From Minisyncoccota bacterium (GTDB lineage: Bacteria; Patescibacteriota; Minisyncoccia; Phycocordibacterales; UBA2100): DNA of 64,000 nucleotides. The stretch spans positions 30,037 through 94,036 of the forward strand of contig DATJXE010000006.1 in assembly GCA_035500505.1 (NCBI GenBank), in the 5' to 3' direction. The notes beneath the pieces are model-generated. The model worked only from the letters and a program-made list of their open reading frames with translations. It did no database searches and had not been told where the DNA came from. This document shows positions 55,618 through 64,000 of this stretch, in pieces (positions within the stretch are counted from its first letter, which is position 1; each line of letters opens with the position of its first letter). The translations under genes were made by a program, and so were the position numbers.

Positions 55618-58600
55618 TCACTTTCCGTACTTGCTGTTCACCGTATTCAGGATGCTGTTGCCGAGCGAGAGGGCTTTTCCTTGCAGGGTGATCAATGTGC
55701 CTACCGCTCCCCAATTACCCGCGTTATATGAAGCGTACGCATTCGCCATTTGATTTTGGACCCCGAGGAACTTGTTGATCTGCGTGACCAGTTGCGTATC
55801 GCCAAGCACTGCGGCTTCCGCATGCATTTTTTGTACTGCCGACGCGCCTGCGGCAATAGAAGCGGTGTCCGCACCTCCTGCGCCGGCGCTCGCGAGCGCG
55901 TTCAACCCCTTGCTTGCCACCGCGGCGTTATTCACGAGAGCGTTTTCGGCAGCCTGTTGATTCGCTTTTGCCTGAGCCGCCTGGAGTTCCGCACACGGGC
56001 CGCTGCAATCATAGGGGTTGTCATTGGAAAGTTCGGTTTCCTGGGTCGCGTTGGCTTGGGTGTTCGAGGAGTTGTTTGTGTCCGTTGGCTGTTCTGCGGA
56101 AGCAGGTGCTGTCGCTCCGTAGGCGAGGGCCTCATTTTCGGACGGAGCTGCCCAGTCGTATTGATAGCCGGGTGGCGAGAAGGCGAGTCCTTCATCTTGG
56201 GAAAGCGTTACCGAAGCTGCGGGAGCGGGCTCTTGCGGCACTGGAACTGGCGCTTCGGTATTCACGACCGAGGTTTGTTGGCTCGCAACGTAGTCGGAAA
56301 ACGGTCCTCCCTGGCCGACCGGCGTGCTCCCAGGAAGCGGCTGTGAGGGCGGCGTCGGCGTCACGAGAGCGACATCGCTGCCGGTACCATTGAGTTCTTT
56401 TTCGAGCGCGCCGGAGACGACGTAGTTGCTGCTGCCGCTTTGCGTGTAGTCGGTCACCGGAACGTTCTGGACCGTCTTATCACCGACTTGAACGCTTACG
56501 GTGTCACCTATCCGCAGGCCGTAAGGATTGTCCTTGGGGACGGCAACGGCGTCCGTGGACCCGTTCAACGGAGTACCGCCGGCCGCGGCGGTAGAGCTGT
56601 CTTGCCCGCAGAATCCTCCTCCGCCCGTGCAAGTGAGCGTAACCAGTGCCGGCGAGTTCTCGCTCGGATTCGTTCCGAACGCGTCGTTGAATTCGAGCTG
56701 CGACCAATTGGGTTGTGAGGCGGTCGGTGACGGTGGCACGTTCTGTTCGGCCACGGCAAGGGGATTTTCTCCATTATCTTGGATTTGTGGTGGAACATTT
56801 TGTTCTGCGATGGCGAGAGGATTCTCGCCATTATCAGAAATCGTCGGCGGTGTATTCTGTTCGGCGACCGCGAGCGGATTTTCCCCGTTATCTTGAATGG
56901 TCGGGGGAACGTTCTGTTCCGCAAGTGCAAGCGGATTTTCGCCGGTGTCGGGATACGTGAAGTAGTTGGCCTCGGCAGGCACGATGGGCGCTGGAGCGGG
57001 GTTTCCCCCCTGATACGCGAGCGCCTCGTTCTCCGACGGACTCGCCCAGTTGTATTGATATCCCGGCGGCGAGAAAGCGAGCGCTTCGTTTTGTGCAGCT
57101 TGATATGCGTTTGATTGCTCGTTCGAAAGCGGGAGTGGTTCGCTTGCCACCTGCTCAGTGGGTGTGGGCTGTTCAAGCGCAGGTCCGCTCTCAACCGACG
57201 TTACAGGGGTAGGCTGCGAAAGTTCCGAGCCTGTCTCAACCGCCGTTGTCGGGTACGGTTCTGTGTTCGGTTCCGCGGCAGGTGTCGGCGACGTTAGGTC
57301 GTTCCACCACTGCGAGAATTGTTCTCCGAGCGTCGGTTGCGACGTAGGAGCGGGCGCTTCGTTGATACGTTGCTGTGCAAGTTGATCTTGTATCAGTTGA
57401 AGTTCTGCCGGCGTTTTTGTCTCCAAGTCGGGTCCCGGCTGAGACCAAGTTTCAGGAGTAGAGAGCGAAGCGAAATCGGGTTGCGAAAATGACGGCGTGT
57501 TCACGACTGGCGGCGCGCTCCAAGGATCGAGTGCGTTCGGGTTGCTGTTCAACGCGAGCGCCATCTGCGAGCCCGAGCCGTAGCTCGACGTGTTGGCAAT
57601 GACGCCGACCTGCATCGTCCCCGCTCCTTGCTCGTTGCTCAGGCCGATAGCGTTCGCGGCTGCGGGCGTGAGATCGATGCCTTTTCCGCAACTCGGACAA
57701 ACATCGCCGACGACCGCATTCACTGACTGACCGGAATCGGGATTGCTTATGCTTAATACTTGTCCGAATTTGTATCCGGAATCGGGTCCCGCCGCGACGG
57801 TCGGAACATTTGGGTCGAGGTAATTTCCTTTGGAACCGTACAAGCCCCCCTCCTGCGAAACGCTGCATCCCGAGGGTCCGCCAACGCAACCGGGATAGTA
57901 GATCGTCGCCGTAACGTCAGTCGCATTTTGCGCTGCGTTCTGTTGATTATTCAGTGTGTCTTGCGCATACGAGCTCGTATTTTGCGCCTGCTCGTTGGTG
58001 AGTCCTGGCAACGACCCCATCGGTTGGGACGAAAACGTACTTTGGGAACTCGGCTGGTAGTCGACGTTCGGCGTGCTGCCGCTCGAGGGCGCGCCGGAAG
58101 GTTCGCTCGTCAACGATTGCGCTTGGCCGCTCGGGAGCGTCGGTTCGGGATTGAAAACGATGTTTTGCGCATTCTCGTTAGGGACGAGATTTCCCGAAGA
58201 TGGAACTGCGTTTTCTTGCCCCGTCAGCCACTTGAACGCGTTGTCGAGCACGGACGTTCCGGGGGTTATCGTGTCTTGGGTCTGCAAAGCCGTCTGCGTT
58301 TGGATTCCCGTCGGAGTCGAAGGTGGTTCGAGCGTAATGCCGGTGGCCGGGGTCACTTGCGGCGTGGAACCGGTGGTGACACCCGCTCCGCTTTGTCCAG
58401 CGGTCGTCAGCGGCTTCGAGCCCGAGACCCACTGCCCGTCCGCATTCACATACGACGTTTCCTGCGCCTTATTTTCCGTGACACATATCCCTTTCACTTC
58501 CGTATTGGCGACCGGAAGTCCGTACCCGCATTGTTTTCCCTGCTTGTCGGTTTGTCCGAACTCGCACGCGTAGTCGTATTGGGACGTACAAAGCGCGTCG

Positions 58601-58701
58601 AGCGCAGTCGAGGACTGAGCGGTCTGGGTTTGCGCGCCCGCAGGCGCCGCAGCAAGTAGGACCCCAACGACAAAAAGCACCGCAATCGAAGGCGATTTCA
58701 C
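55618..58701 (-). CDS. Large secreted repeat protein with RlpA-like double-psi beta-barrel (DPBB) domain
   Basis: The signal peptide from GTG start 58701 is MKSPSIAVLFVVGVLLAAAPAGA. The DPBB signature is ...GGLYGSKGNYLDPNVPTVAAGPDSGYKFGQVLSISNPDSGQSVNAVVGDVCPSCGKGIDLTPAAANAIG. There are four tandem 20-aa repeats DNGENPLAxAEQNVPPxIQ and two copies of LAFSPPGYQYxWAxPSENEALAY. Confidence 0.7.
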   Translation of the reverse strand: MKSPSIAVLFVVGVLLAAAPAGAQTQTAQSSTALDALCTSQYDYACEFGQTDKQGKQCGYGLPVANTEVKGICVTENKAQETSYVNADGQWVSGSKPLTTAGQSGAGVTTGSTPQVTPATGITLEPPSTPTGIQTQTALQTQDTITPGTSVLDNAFKWLTGQENAVPSSGNLVPNENAQNIVFNPEPTLPSGQAQSLTSEPSGAPSSGSTPNVDYQPSSQSTFSSQPMGSLPGLTNEQAQNTSSYAQDTLNNQQNAAQNATDVTATIYYPGCVGGPSGCSVSQEGGLYGSKGNYLDPNVPTVAAGPDSGYKFGQVLSISNPDSGQSVNAVVGDVCPSCGKGIDLTPAAANAIGLSNEQGAGTMQVGVIANTSSYGSGSQMALALNSNPNALDPWSAPPVVNTPSFSQPDFASLSTPETWSQPGPDLETKTPAELQLIQDQLAQQRINEAPAPTSQPTLGEQFSQWWNDLTSPTPAAEPNTEPYPTTAVETGSELSQPTPVTSVESGPALEQPTPTEQVASEPLPLSNEQSNAYQAAQNEALAFSPPGYQYNWASPSENEALAYQGGNPAPAPIVPAEANYFTYPDTGENPLALAEQNVPPTIQDNGENPLAVAEQNTPPTISDNGENPLAIAEQNVPPQIQDNGENPLAVAEQNVPPSPTASQPNWSQLEFNDAFGTNPSENSPALVTLTCTGGGGFCGQDSSTAAAGGTPLNGSTDAVAVPKDNPYGLRIGDTVSVQVGDKTVQNVPVTDYTQSGSSNYVVSGALEKELNGTGSDVALVTPTPPSQPLPGSTPVGQGGPFSDYVASQQTSVVNTEAPVPVPQEPAPAASVTLSQDEGLAFSPPGYQYDWAAPSENEALAYGATAPASAEQPTDTNNSSNTQANATQETELSNDNPYDCSGPCAELQAAQAKANQQAAENALVNNAAVASKGLNALASAGAGGADTASIAAGASAVQKMHAEAAVLGDTQLVTQINKFLGVQNQMANAYASYNAGNWGAVGTLITLQGKALSLGNSILNTVNSKYGK
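56740..56975. repeat. Tandem approximately 60-bp repeats (4 imperfect copies) inside the large surface-protein gene
   Basis: Read directly: the unit ...GTTCTGTTCGGCxACxGCxAGxGGATTTTCxCCxTTATC... recurs four times in a row. Confidence 0.7.
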
Positions 58702-58772
58702 CTCTTCATAGTAGCAAGGCGCGGCCACGTAAGACGTGGTCGCGCCTCCCTTCTGTGGAATCGCCGAAATGA

Positions 58773-60416
58773 CTATTCCATGTCCATGCCACCAGGCATG
58801 GCCGGAGCGTTCTTTTTCTCTTCGGGAACGTCTGCAACGGCCGCCTCGGTCGTGAGGAGTACTGCAGCGGCAGAAGCGGCGTTCTCGACGCCCGAGCGCG
58901 TCACCTTCACGGGATCGATAATGCCCGCCTCTATCATGTCCACGATCTCCATATCCTCGCCCTCGGCTGCCGCGTCGAACCCGACGGCCCCGCCGCGGCG
59001 AACCACTTCCTGCAAGATGACTGCTGCGTCCTCGCGTCCGGCGTTCTCGGCTATCTGCAAGAGCGGAGCAGAAAGCGCGGAAGTGAGGATCTTGTAGCCG
59101 ACCGTGTACTCGTCGTGCGCTTTGCCGTCCACCCGCTTCGCGAGTTTCGCGCCGACTTTGGCGAGCGCCGCTCCGCCGCCCGGCACGATGCCTTCGGCGA
59201 TAGCAGCCTTGGTCGCATTGACCGCATCCTCTATTTTGTCTTTCAGGTATTTCATTTCGGTCTCCGTCGCCGCGCCCACGCGGATGACGGCAACGCCTCC
59301 GGTCAGCTTCGCGATGCGCTCTTCGATCTTTTCTTTGTCGTACTTCGAATCGGTGCTCTCAAGCTGGCCGCGCAACTGCTGTGCGCGCGCCTCGATGTCG
59401 GCCTTCTTGCCTTTGCCGCCGACGATGGTCGTCGAATCTTTCGTCGCGACGACGCGGTTGGCCCGGCCGAGCATGTTCAGTTCCGCGTTCTCAAGTTTGA
59501 TGCCGAGATCTTCCGAAATGACCTGCGCGCCGACGGTGATGGCGATGTCCTGCAATAATTCTTTCTTGCGATCGCCGTAGCCCGGCGCCTTGATGGCAAG
59601 CACGCTGAAGCCGCCCTTCAATTTGTTGATGATGAACGTGGCAAGCGCTTCGCCGTCCACGTCGTCCGCGATGATGACGAGGTCCTTCTTGCCGGACTGC
59701 GCGACCTTCTCGAGGAGCGGCAAGATGTCCTTCACCGAGGATATCTTCTTGTCGGTGATGAGTATCGGCGCATCTTTTGCTTCGGCCTCCATGCGCTCCG
59801 CGTTCGTGATGAGGTAGGCGGAAACGTAGCCTTTGTCGAACTCCATGCCTTCGACGTAATCCATTTCGATGCCGATGGATTGCGATTCCTCGACCGTCAC
59901 GACGCCGTCCTTCCCCACTTTCTCGACGGTCTGGGCGATGGTCTCGCCGAGCTCTTTCGATTCGGCGGAAATGGTCGCGACCTGCCGGATGTCGGACTTC
60001 CCTTTGATCGGTTTTGCCATTTTCTTGAGTTCCTCGACGGCGTCCTTGGCGGCCGCTTCGATACCACGGCGCACCATCATCGCATTCGCCCCGAGCGCGG
60101 TGCGCTTGAGGCCCTCGTGCACGATGGCCTGGGTAAGGACGACCGCCGTCGTCGTGCCGTCGCCGGCCTTGTCGTTGGTCTTGGTCGCGACTTCCTTCAC
60201 GATCGAAGCCCCCATGTTCTCAAATTTGTCCGCGAGCTCGATCTCTTTTGCGATGGAAACGCCGTCGTTGGTGATGGTCGGGCCGCCCCACGATTTGGCG
60301 AGCGCGACGTTGCGGCCCTTGGGGCCGAGCGTTACCTTGACCGCGTTCGCGACGATGTCGACGCCGCGCTTCAAGGCACTTCGCACTTGTTCGTCAAAAA
60401 TAACTTGCTTTGCCAT
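58773..60416 (-). CDS. groEL: Chaperonin GroEL
   Basis: [37 protein letters not shown]... and a C-terminal GGM-like tail (PGGMDME). Confidence 0.97.
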   Translation of the reverse strand: MAKQVIFDEQVRSALKRGVDIVANAVKVTLGPKGRNVALAKSWGGPTITNDGVSIAKEIELADKFENMGASIVKEVATKTNDKAGDGTTTAVVLTQAIVHEGLKRTALGANAMMVRRGIEAAAKDAVEELKKMAKPIKGKSDIRQVATISAESKELGETIAQTVEKVGKDGVVTVEESQSIGIEMDYVEGMEFDKGYVSAYLITNAERMEAEAKDAPILITDKKISSVKDILPLLEKVAQSGKKDLVIIADDVDGEALATFIINKLKGGFSVLAIKAPGYGDRKKELLQDIAITVGAQVISEDLGIKLENAELNMLGRANRVVATKDSTTIVGGKGKKADIEARAQQLRGQLESTDSKYDKEKIEERIAKLTGGVAVIRVGAATETEMKYLKDKIEDAVNATKAAIAEGIVPGGGAALAKVGAKLAKRVDGKAHDEYTVGYKILTSALSAPLLQIAENAGREDAAVILQEVVRRGGAVGFDAAAEGEDMEIVDMIEAGIIDPVKVTRSGVENAASAAAVLLTTEAAVADVPEEKKNAPAMPGGMDME

Positions 60417-60420
60417 ATAC

Positions 60421-60741
60421 CTATTTGATGATCGCTAAAATGTCGGATTCCTTTACGAGGAAATATGCCTCGTCGTCCTCGCCGATGTCGACTTCGTTGT
60501 CCCAGCCGGCGTTGAAGTACACCTTCGAGCCGACCTTGACCCTCGTCGGGACGAGCTTGCCCTCTTCGTTCATGTTGCCCGGGCCGACGGCAATAACGAC
60601 GCCTCGCTTGGACTTTTCCTTCTCCGCCGTGTCGGGGATGATGATGCCCGCGACCGACTTTTTCTCCGGCTTGTCCTCACGCTTTACGAGCACGCGATCG
60701 CCGACCGGTTGGATATTTATTTTCTTCGTTTCTTTTGCCAT
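60421..60741 (-). CDS. groES: Co-chaperonin GroES
   Basis: [23 protein letters not shown]...GIIIPDTA...; trimmed from the longer track ORF. Confidence 0.92.
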   Translation of the reverse strand: MAKETKKINIQPVGDRVLVKREDKPEKKSVAGIIIPDTAEKEKSKRGVVIAVGPGNMNEEGKLVPTRVKVGSKVYFNAGWDNEVDIGEDDEAYFLVKESDILAIIK

Positions 60742-60810
60742 ACGAATCAGTTTTAGCTCAATAAATAACGACTTGGGACGTGTCCGGCATTGGCCGAACG
60801 TCGCGCACAA

Positions 60811-60838
60811 TATATAGAAAAAAGGAGGGTGAAGTCAA
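60811..60838 (-). promoter_or_regulatory. Sigma70-like promoter of groES-groEL (TTGACT-N16-TATATA on the minus strand); no CIRCE inverted repeat detected
   Basis: Read directly from the reverse complement, about 65 nt upstream of the groES ATG. Confidence 0.45.
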
Positions 60839-60852
60839 GGAAATCAGCAGTT

Positions 60853-60881
60853 GCATTCCTTCTTTTCCCGTGCTACGATCG
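60853..60881 (+). promoter_or_regulatory. Putative promoter TTGCAT-N17-TACGAT ending 5 nt before the secG ATG (leaderless-like)
   Basis: Read directly. Confidence 0.35.
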
Positions 60882-60886
60882 TCCCG

Positions 60887-61120
60887 ATGGTTTTTCTCCA
60901 GGCAACGCTGCCGTACGTGCAGATCATCCTGTCCGTGCTCATCATCGGGAGCGTGCTTCTGCAGCGCACGGGGGCTTCCTTGGGAGGCGCCTTCGGAGCC
61001 GACAACTTCAGCTCCGGCTTCCACACCCGCCGCGGGCTGGAAAAGACCCTCTTTTACACGACCATCGTTCTTGGTATACTGTTCGCGATAAGTGCGTTAG
61101 TCAGTTTGCTTATTAGGTAA
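60887..61120 (+). CDS. secG: Preprotein translocase subunit SecG
   Basis: ILSVLIIGSVLLQRTGASLGGAFGADNFSSGFHTRRGLEKTLFYTTIVLGILFAISALV is the SecG signature with two TM helices. Confidence 0.8.
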   Translation: MVFLQATLPYVQIILSVLIIGSVLLQRTGASLGGAFGADNFSSGFHTRRGLEKTLFYTTIVLGILFAISALVSLLIR

Positions 61121-61164
61121 TTCCGCGAGCCCGCCCGGGTTTCGCGCCGCCCTTTCGGGGCGTT

Positions 61165-62988
61165 ATGGTTGATTCAGATCCCGACATATCCCTATCTTGG
61201 CAGGAAAAACTCCTCGCAACACGCCGCATGCCTTTCCTTCGGCGCTTTGAGGAAATCCTCAACCGATTCTCTCCGGCAGAGCGACTTCTTTTGTATGCCC
61301 TTTCGGCGGTGCTCGCCGTAAGCGCGCTCATACTCGTCGTCGAAGCGTCGCATGGCTTCTCCGTCGTCATTCCGGCACAGGGCGGTTCATTACTGGAAGG
61401 CGAAGTGGGTCCCGCGCGCTTCATCAATCCGGTGCTCGCGCTTTCACAGGCCGACCAAGACCTCACGCAGCTCGTCTATTCCGGGCTTGTGAGGCCGGAA
61501 GCCGACGGCTCTTACGTGCCTGACCTCGCACAGGGGTACACGATATCCGACGACGGGACGGTCTACACCTTCACGTTGCGCCCCAACGCGACGTTCCAGG
61601 ACGGGAGCAAAGTAACCTCCGCCGATGTCGCCTTCACCATACAGCTCGCGCAGAATCCGAGCATCAAAAGCCCGCAACAGGCGGATTGGCAGGGCGTGCA
61701 GGTCTCGACGCCGGATGCGGAAACGGTCGTCTTCACGCTCCCGCACCCCTACGCGCCGTTCCTCCAGAACGCGACGCTCGGCATTCTCCCGAAAAGCCTC
61801 TGGCAGAACGTCTCCGCCGAGGAATTCCCCTTCTCGCCCCTGAACACGCACCCCATCGGAAGCGGCCCGTACGAGGTGAAAAGCTTCCAGACCGACTCGA
61901 CCGGCTCGCCCACCCGCTACGATCTCGTACCGTTCCCGCAGTTCGCGCTCGGCAAACCCTTCATCAGCCACGTCACCTTCCTCTTTTACCCTGACACCTC
62001 CTCGCTCATCCAGGCGTACAACGCCGGACGCATCAATGCGATCGCAAGCGTGAACCCGATGGATCTGCCGCACCTCAAAGGCTCCGACGGAGAACTCCTG
62101 CAGGTCCCGCTCCCGCGTGTTTACGGTATCTTTTTCAACCAGAGCCACAACCCGGTGCTCGCCGATGCGGCAGTGCGTTCGGCTCTCGACGCCGCCGTGG
62201 ACAAGCAAGTGCTCGTGAACGACATCCTGGGCGGTTTCGGCGTCACGCTCGACGGCCCCATCCCGCCGGGCATATTGGGAGAGGCTCCGCAGACGAGCAT
62301 CCTCAAGTCGCCATTCTCGGTCGCGGCCTCGACCTCGCCCGTCGTCGCGGCGAACATCTCAAGCGCGCAATCCATCCTGCAAAAAGGCGGTTGGAATTTC
62401 AGTTCGACGACCAGCGCGTGGACGAAGGGAACCGGCAAAAAGGAGCAAACGCTTTCCCTGACGCTCGCGACCGCCGACCAGCCGGAGCTCGTCGCAACAG
62501 CGAACGCCGTCGCGACCGCCTGGAAGTCCGCGGGCATACAGGTAACCGTCCAGGTGTATCCCCTCGCCGATTTCAACAACACCATCCTGCGGCCGCGCTC
62601 GTACGACGCCGTCCTTTTCGGACAAGTCGTCGGGCGCACCGTAGATCTCTTCGCCTTCTGGAATTCAACGCAACGCAACGACCCGGGTCTCAACCTCGCG
62701 ATGTATGCGAACAGCCAGGCCGATTCGCTCCTTTCGCAAGCGCGCGGAGAAAGCGACCAGAACGCGCGGGACACACTCTACCAGGAATTCGCGCAACAAC
62801 TCCAGAAAGATGAGCCGGCCGTGTTCTTGTACGCCCCGGACTTTCTCTACGTCGTCCCGCAGGGTATGCAAGGTCTACAGCTCGGCGCCCTGACGACGCC
62901 CGCGGAGCGATACCTCAATGTGTATCAATGGTACGACGAGACCACGCGCGTTTGGGACGTATTCGCTCCGCCTTCCGCATCAATGTAA
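61165..62988 (+). CDS. ABC transporter substrate-binding protein, family 5 (peptide/nickel-type), membrane-anchored
   Basis: An N-terminal TM anchor and an SBP_bac_5-like core (YTFTLRPNATFQDGSKVTSADVAFT...). It is 607 aa. Confidence 0.75.
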   Translation: MVDSDPDISLSWQEKLLATRRMPFLRRFEEILNRFSPAERLLLYALSAVLAVSALILVVEASHGFSVVIPAQGGSLLEGEVGPARFINPVLALSQADQDLTQLVYSGLVRPEADGSYVPDLAQGYTISDDGTVYTFTLRPNATFQDGSKVTSADVAFTIQLAQNPSIKSPQQADWQGVQVSTPDAETVVFTLPHPYAPFLQNATLGILPKSLWQNVSAEEFPFSPLNTHPIGSGPYEVKSFQTDSTGSPTRYDLVPFPQFALGKPFISHVTFLFYPDTSSLIQAYNAGRINAIASVNPMDLPHLKGSDGELLQVPLPRVYGIFFNQSHNPVLADAAVRSALDAAVDKQVLVNDILGGFGVTLDGPIPPGILGEAPQTSILKSPFSVAASTSPVVAANISSAQSILQKGGWNFSSTTSAWTKGTGKKEQTLSLTLATADQPELVATANAVATAWKSAGIQVTVQVYPLADFNNTILRPRSYDAVLFGQVVGRTVDLFAFWNSTQRNDPGLNLAMYANSQADSLLSQARGESDQNARDTLYQEFAQQLQKDEPAVFLYAPDFLYVVPQGMQGLQLGALTTPAERYLNVYQWYDETTRVWDVFAPPSASM

Positions 62989-63009
62989 TAACAAAATAAC
63001 AATAGTAAT

Positions 63010-64000
63010 ATGGAACCTTCAGCACAATCCAACAGAGGCCCCGCGCCGCGAAAGATCGCGCCGCGAGGTCCTCGACCGCAGTTCGGCAACAGACCGCGCC
63101 GCTTCCGCCCGCTTTCAACGCGTCCTGCACATCCGCGCCGCGGTAAGCAGCGCATCGAGCACGCGCCCGAAACGGGCAAACGTTCGCAAAAAGTGCCGCC
63201 TCCGGCCGAAAACGTGGTCCGCATTATTCCCTTGGGCGGCGTCGAAGAGATCGGCCGCAACATGACCGCCGTAGAAACAGCCGATGATATCTTCATCCTC
63301 GACTGCGGCTTCCAATTCCGCGAGGACGACACTCCCGGCATCGACTACATTCTGCCCAACACCGGTTACCTCGAAGAGCGGCGCGACAAGATACGCGGGC
63401 TCCTCATCTCGCACGGCCACCTCGACCACATCGGCGGTATCCCCTACATCATCGACCGCATCGGCAATCCGACCATCTACACACGCAAATTGACCGGCAA
63501 GATGATACAGAAACGCCAGGAAGAATTCTCGCACCTGCCGCAGACGAACATTCGCGAGGTCGAGAAGGACGAAGTCATCAAACTCGGGCAAACGACCGTG
63601 CGCTTTTTCGGCGTCACGCACACCGTACCGGATTCGATGGGCATCATCATCGAGACGAAGTGGGGTGACGTCGTCTTCACCGGCGACATCAAGCTCAATC
63701 ACCGAGACGGCGAGCCCTCCGACGAGGAGAAACGCGAATTCAGCATCTTCAAAGACCGCAAGGTGCTCGCGCTTCTCATGGACAGCACAAATGTGTGGCA
63801 GCCGGGCTTTTCCATTCCGGAATACAACGTCTATCAGACGCTCGAAAAGATAGTCAAAGATTCCAAGGGTCGCCTCATCATCGCGATGTTCGCTTCGCAC
63901 CTTGAGCGCCTCATCCGCGTCATCCGCTTCGCCGAAGAAGCCAACAAGAAAGTCGTCATCGACGGCCGGAGCATGCGCACCAACGTCGAGATCGCGCGCG
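63010..64000 (+). CDS. rnj: Ribonuclease J (metallo-beta-lactamase/beta-CASP), 5' part; gene continues beyond the window
   Basis: VRIIPLGGVEEIGRNMTAVE..., HGHLDHIGG, and a basic N-terminal extension. No stop within the window. Confidence 0.8.
   Translation, partial: MEPSAQSNRGPAPRKIAPRGPRPQFGNRPRRFRPLSTRPAHPRRGKQRIEHAPETGKRSQKVPPPAENVVRIIPLGGVEEIGRNMTAVETADDIFILDCGFQFREDDTPGIDYILPNTGYLEERRDKIRGLLISHGHLDHIGGIPYIIDRIGNPTIYTRKLTGKMIQKRQEEFSHLPQTNIREVEKDEVIKLGQTTVRFFGVTHTVPDSMGIIIETKWGDVVFTGDIKLNHRDGEPSDEEKREFSIFKDRKVLALLMDSTNVWQPGFSIPEYNVYQTLEKIVKDSKGRLIIAMFASHLERLIRVIRFAEEANKKVVIDGRSMRTNVEIAR

Noticed and set aside
60742-60850. Looked for a CIRCE element (TTAGCACTC-N9-GAGTGCTAA) upstream of groES
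   Set aside because: Only TTAGCTCAATAAATAACG is present, with no matching inverted half. It is called a plain sigma70-like promoter instead.

Overview
This 64 kb window is a dense, high-GC (about 60%) bacterial chromosomal segment with genes on both strands. Almost no start codon has a Shine-Dalgarno sequence, and many genes have a -10 box only 5-8 nt upstream of the ATG, which suggests widespread leaderless mRNAs. Gene content is mostly housekeeping and central metabolism: groES/groEL, ftsQ/ftsA/ftsZ, topA, rel, dnaX, dprA, radC, parB (no parA nearby), serS, pth, lepB, ybeY, an S21-like protein, trxB, secG, an RNase J start, a DEAD-box helicase and htpX/lemA. Metabolic genes include phosphoketolase with acetate kinase, otsA/otsB, purF, a formyltransferase-only PurH, pyrE/pyrF and panD. 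There is an MFS efflux operon with two periplasmic adaptors, an ABC-2 exporter, and many small secreted or membrane-anchored hypothetical proteins. Two tRNAs were found by eye, tRNA-Gln(TTG) and tRNA-Ser(GGA), both on the minus strand. No CRISPR array, rRNA or intact IS element was seen. The gene content, the many small membrane-anchored hypotheticals and the lack of SD sequences are compatible with a Patescibacteria/CPR-like or other reduced high-GC lineage, but the lineage cannot be decided from sequence alone. The main things that stand out are described below. Between rel and parB sit two adjacent ~130-nt hairpin elements with 26- and 27-bp perfect stems whose loops are complementary over 12 nt. 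A third hairpin of the same style, with 31-bp perfect arms, lies upstream of purF. The trehalose-6-phosphate synthase carries an N-terminal two-TM sensor plus a HAMP-like module. A HisRS homolog has degenerate class-II motifs 2 and 3. An orphan protein combines a zinc ribbon with a sigma70-region-4-like HTH. Two small low-GC islets look horizontally acquired, one flanked by a 10-bp direct repeat at the 3' end of tRNA-Gln. A 15-bp direct repeat of the tRNA-Ser 3' end flanks a tRNA-like fragment. All coordinates and structures were derived by eye and need computational confirmation.
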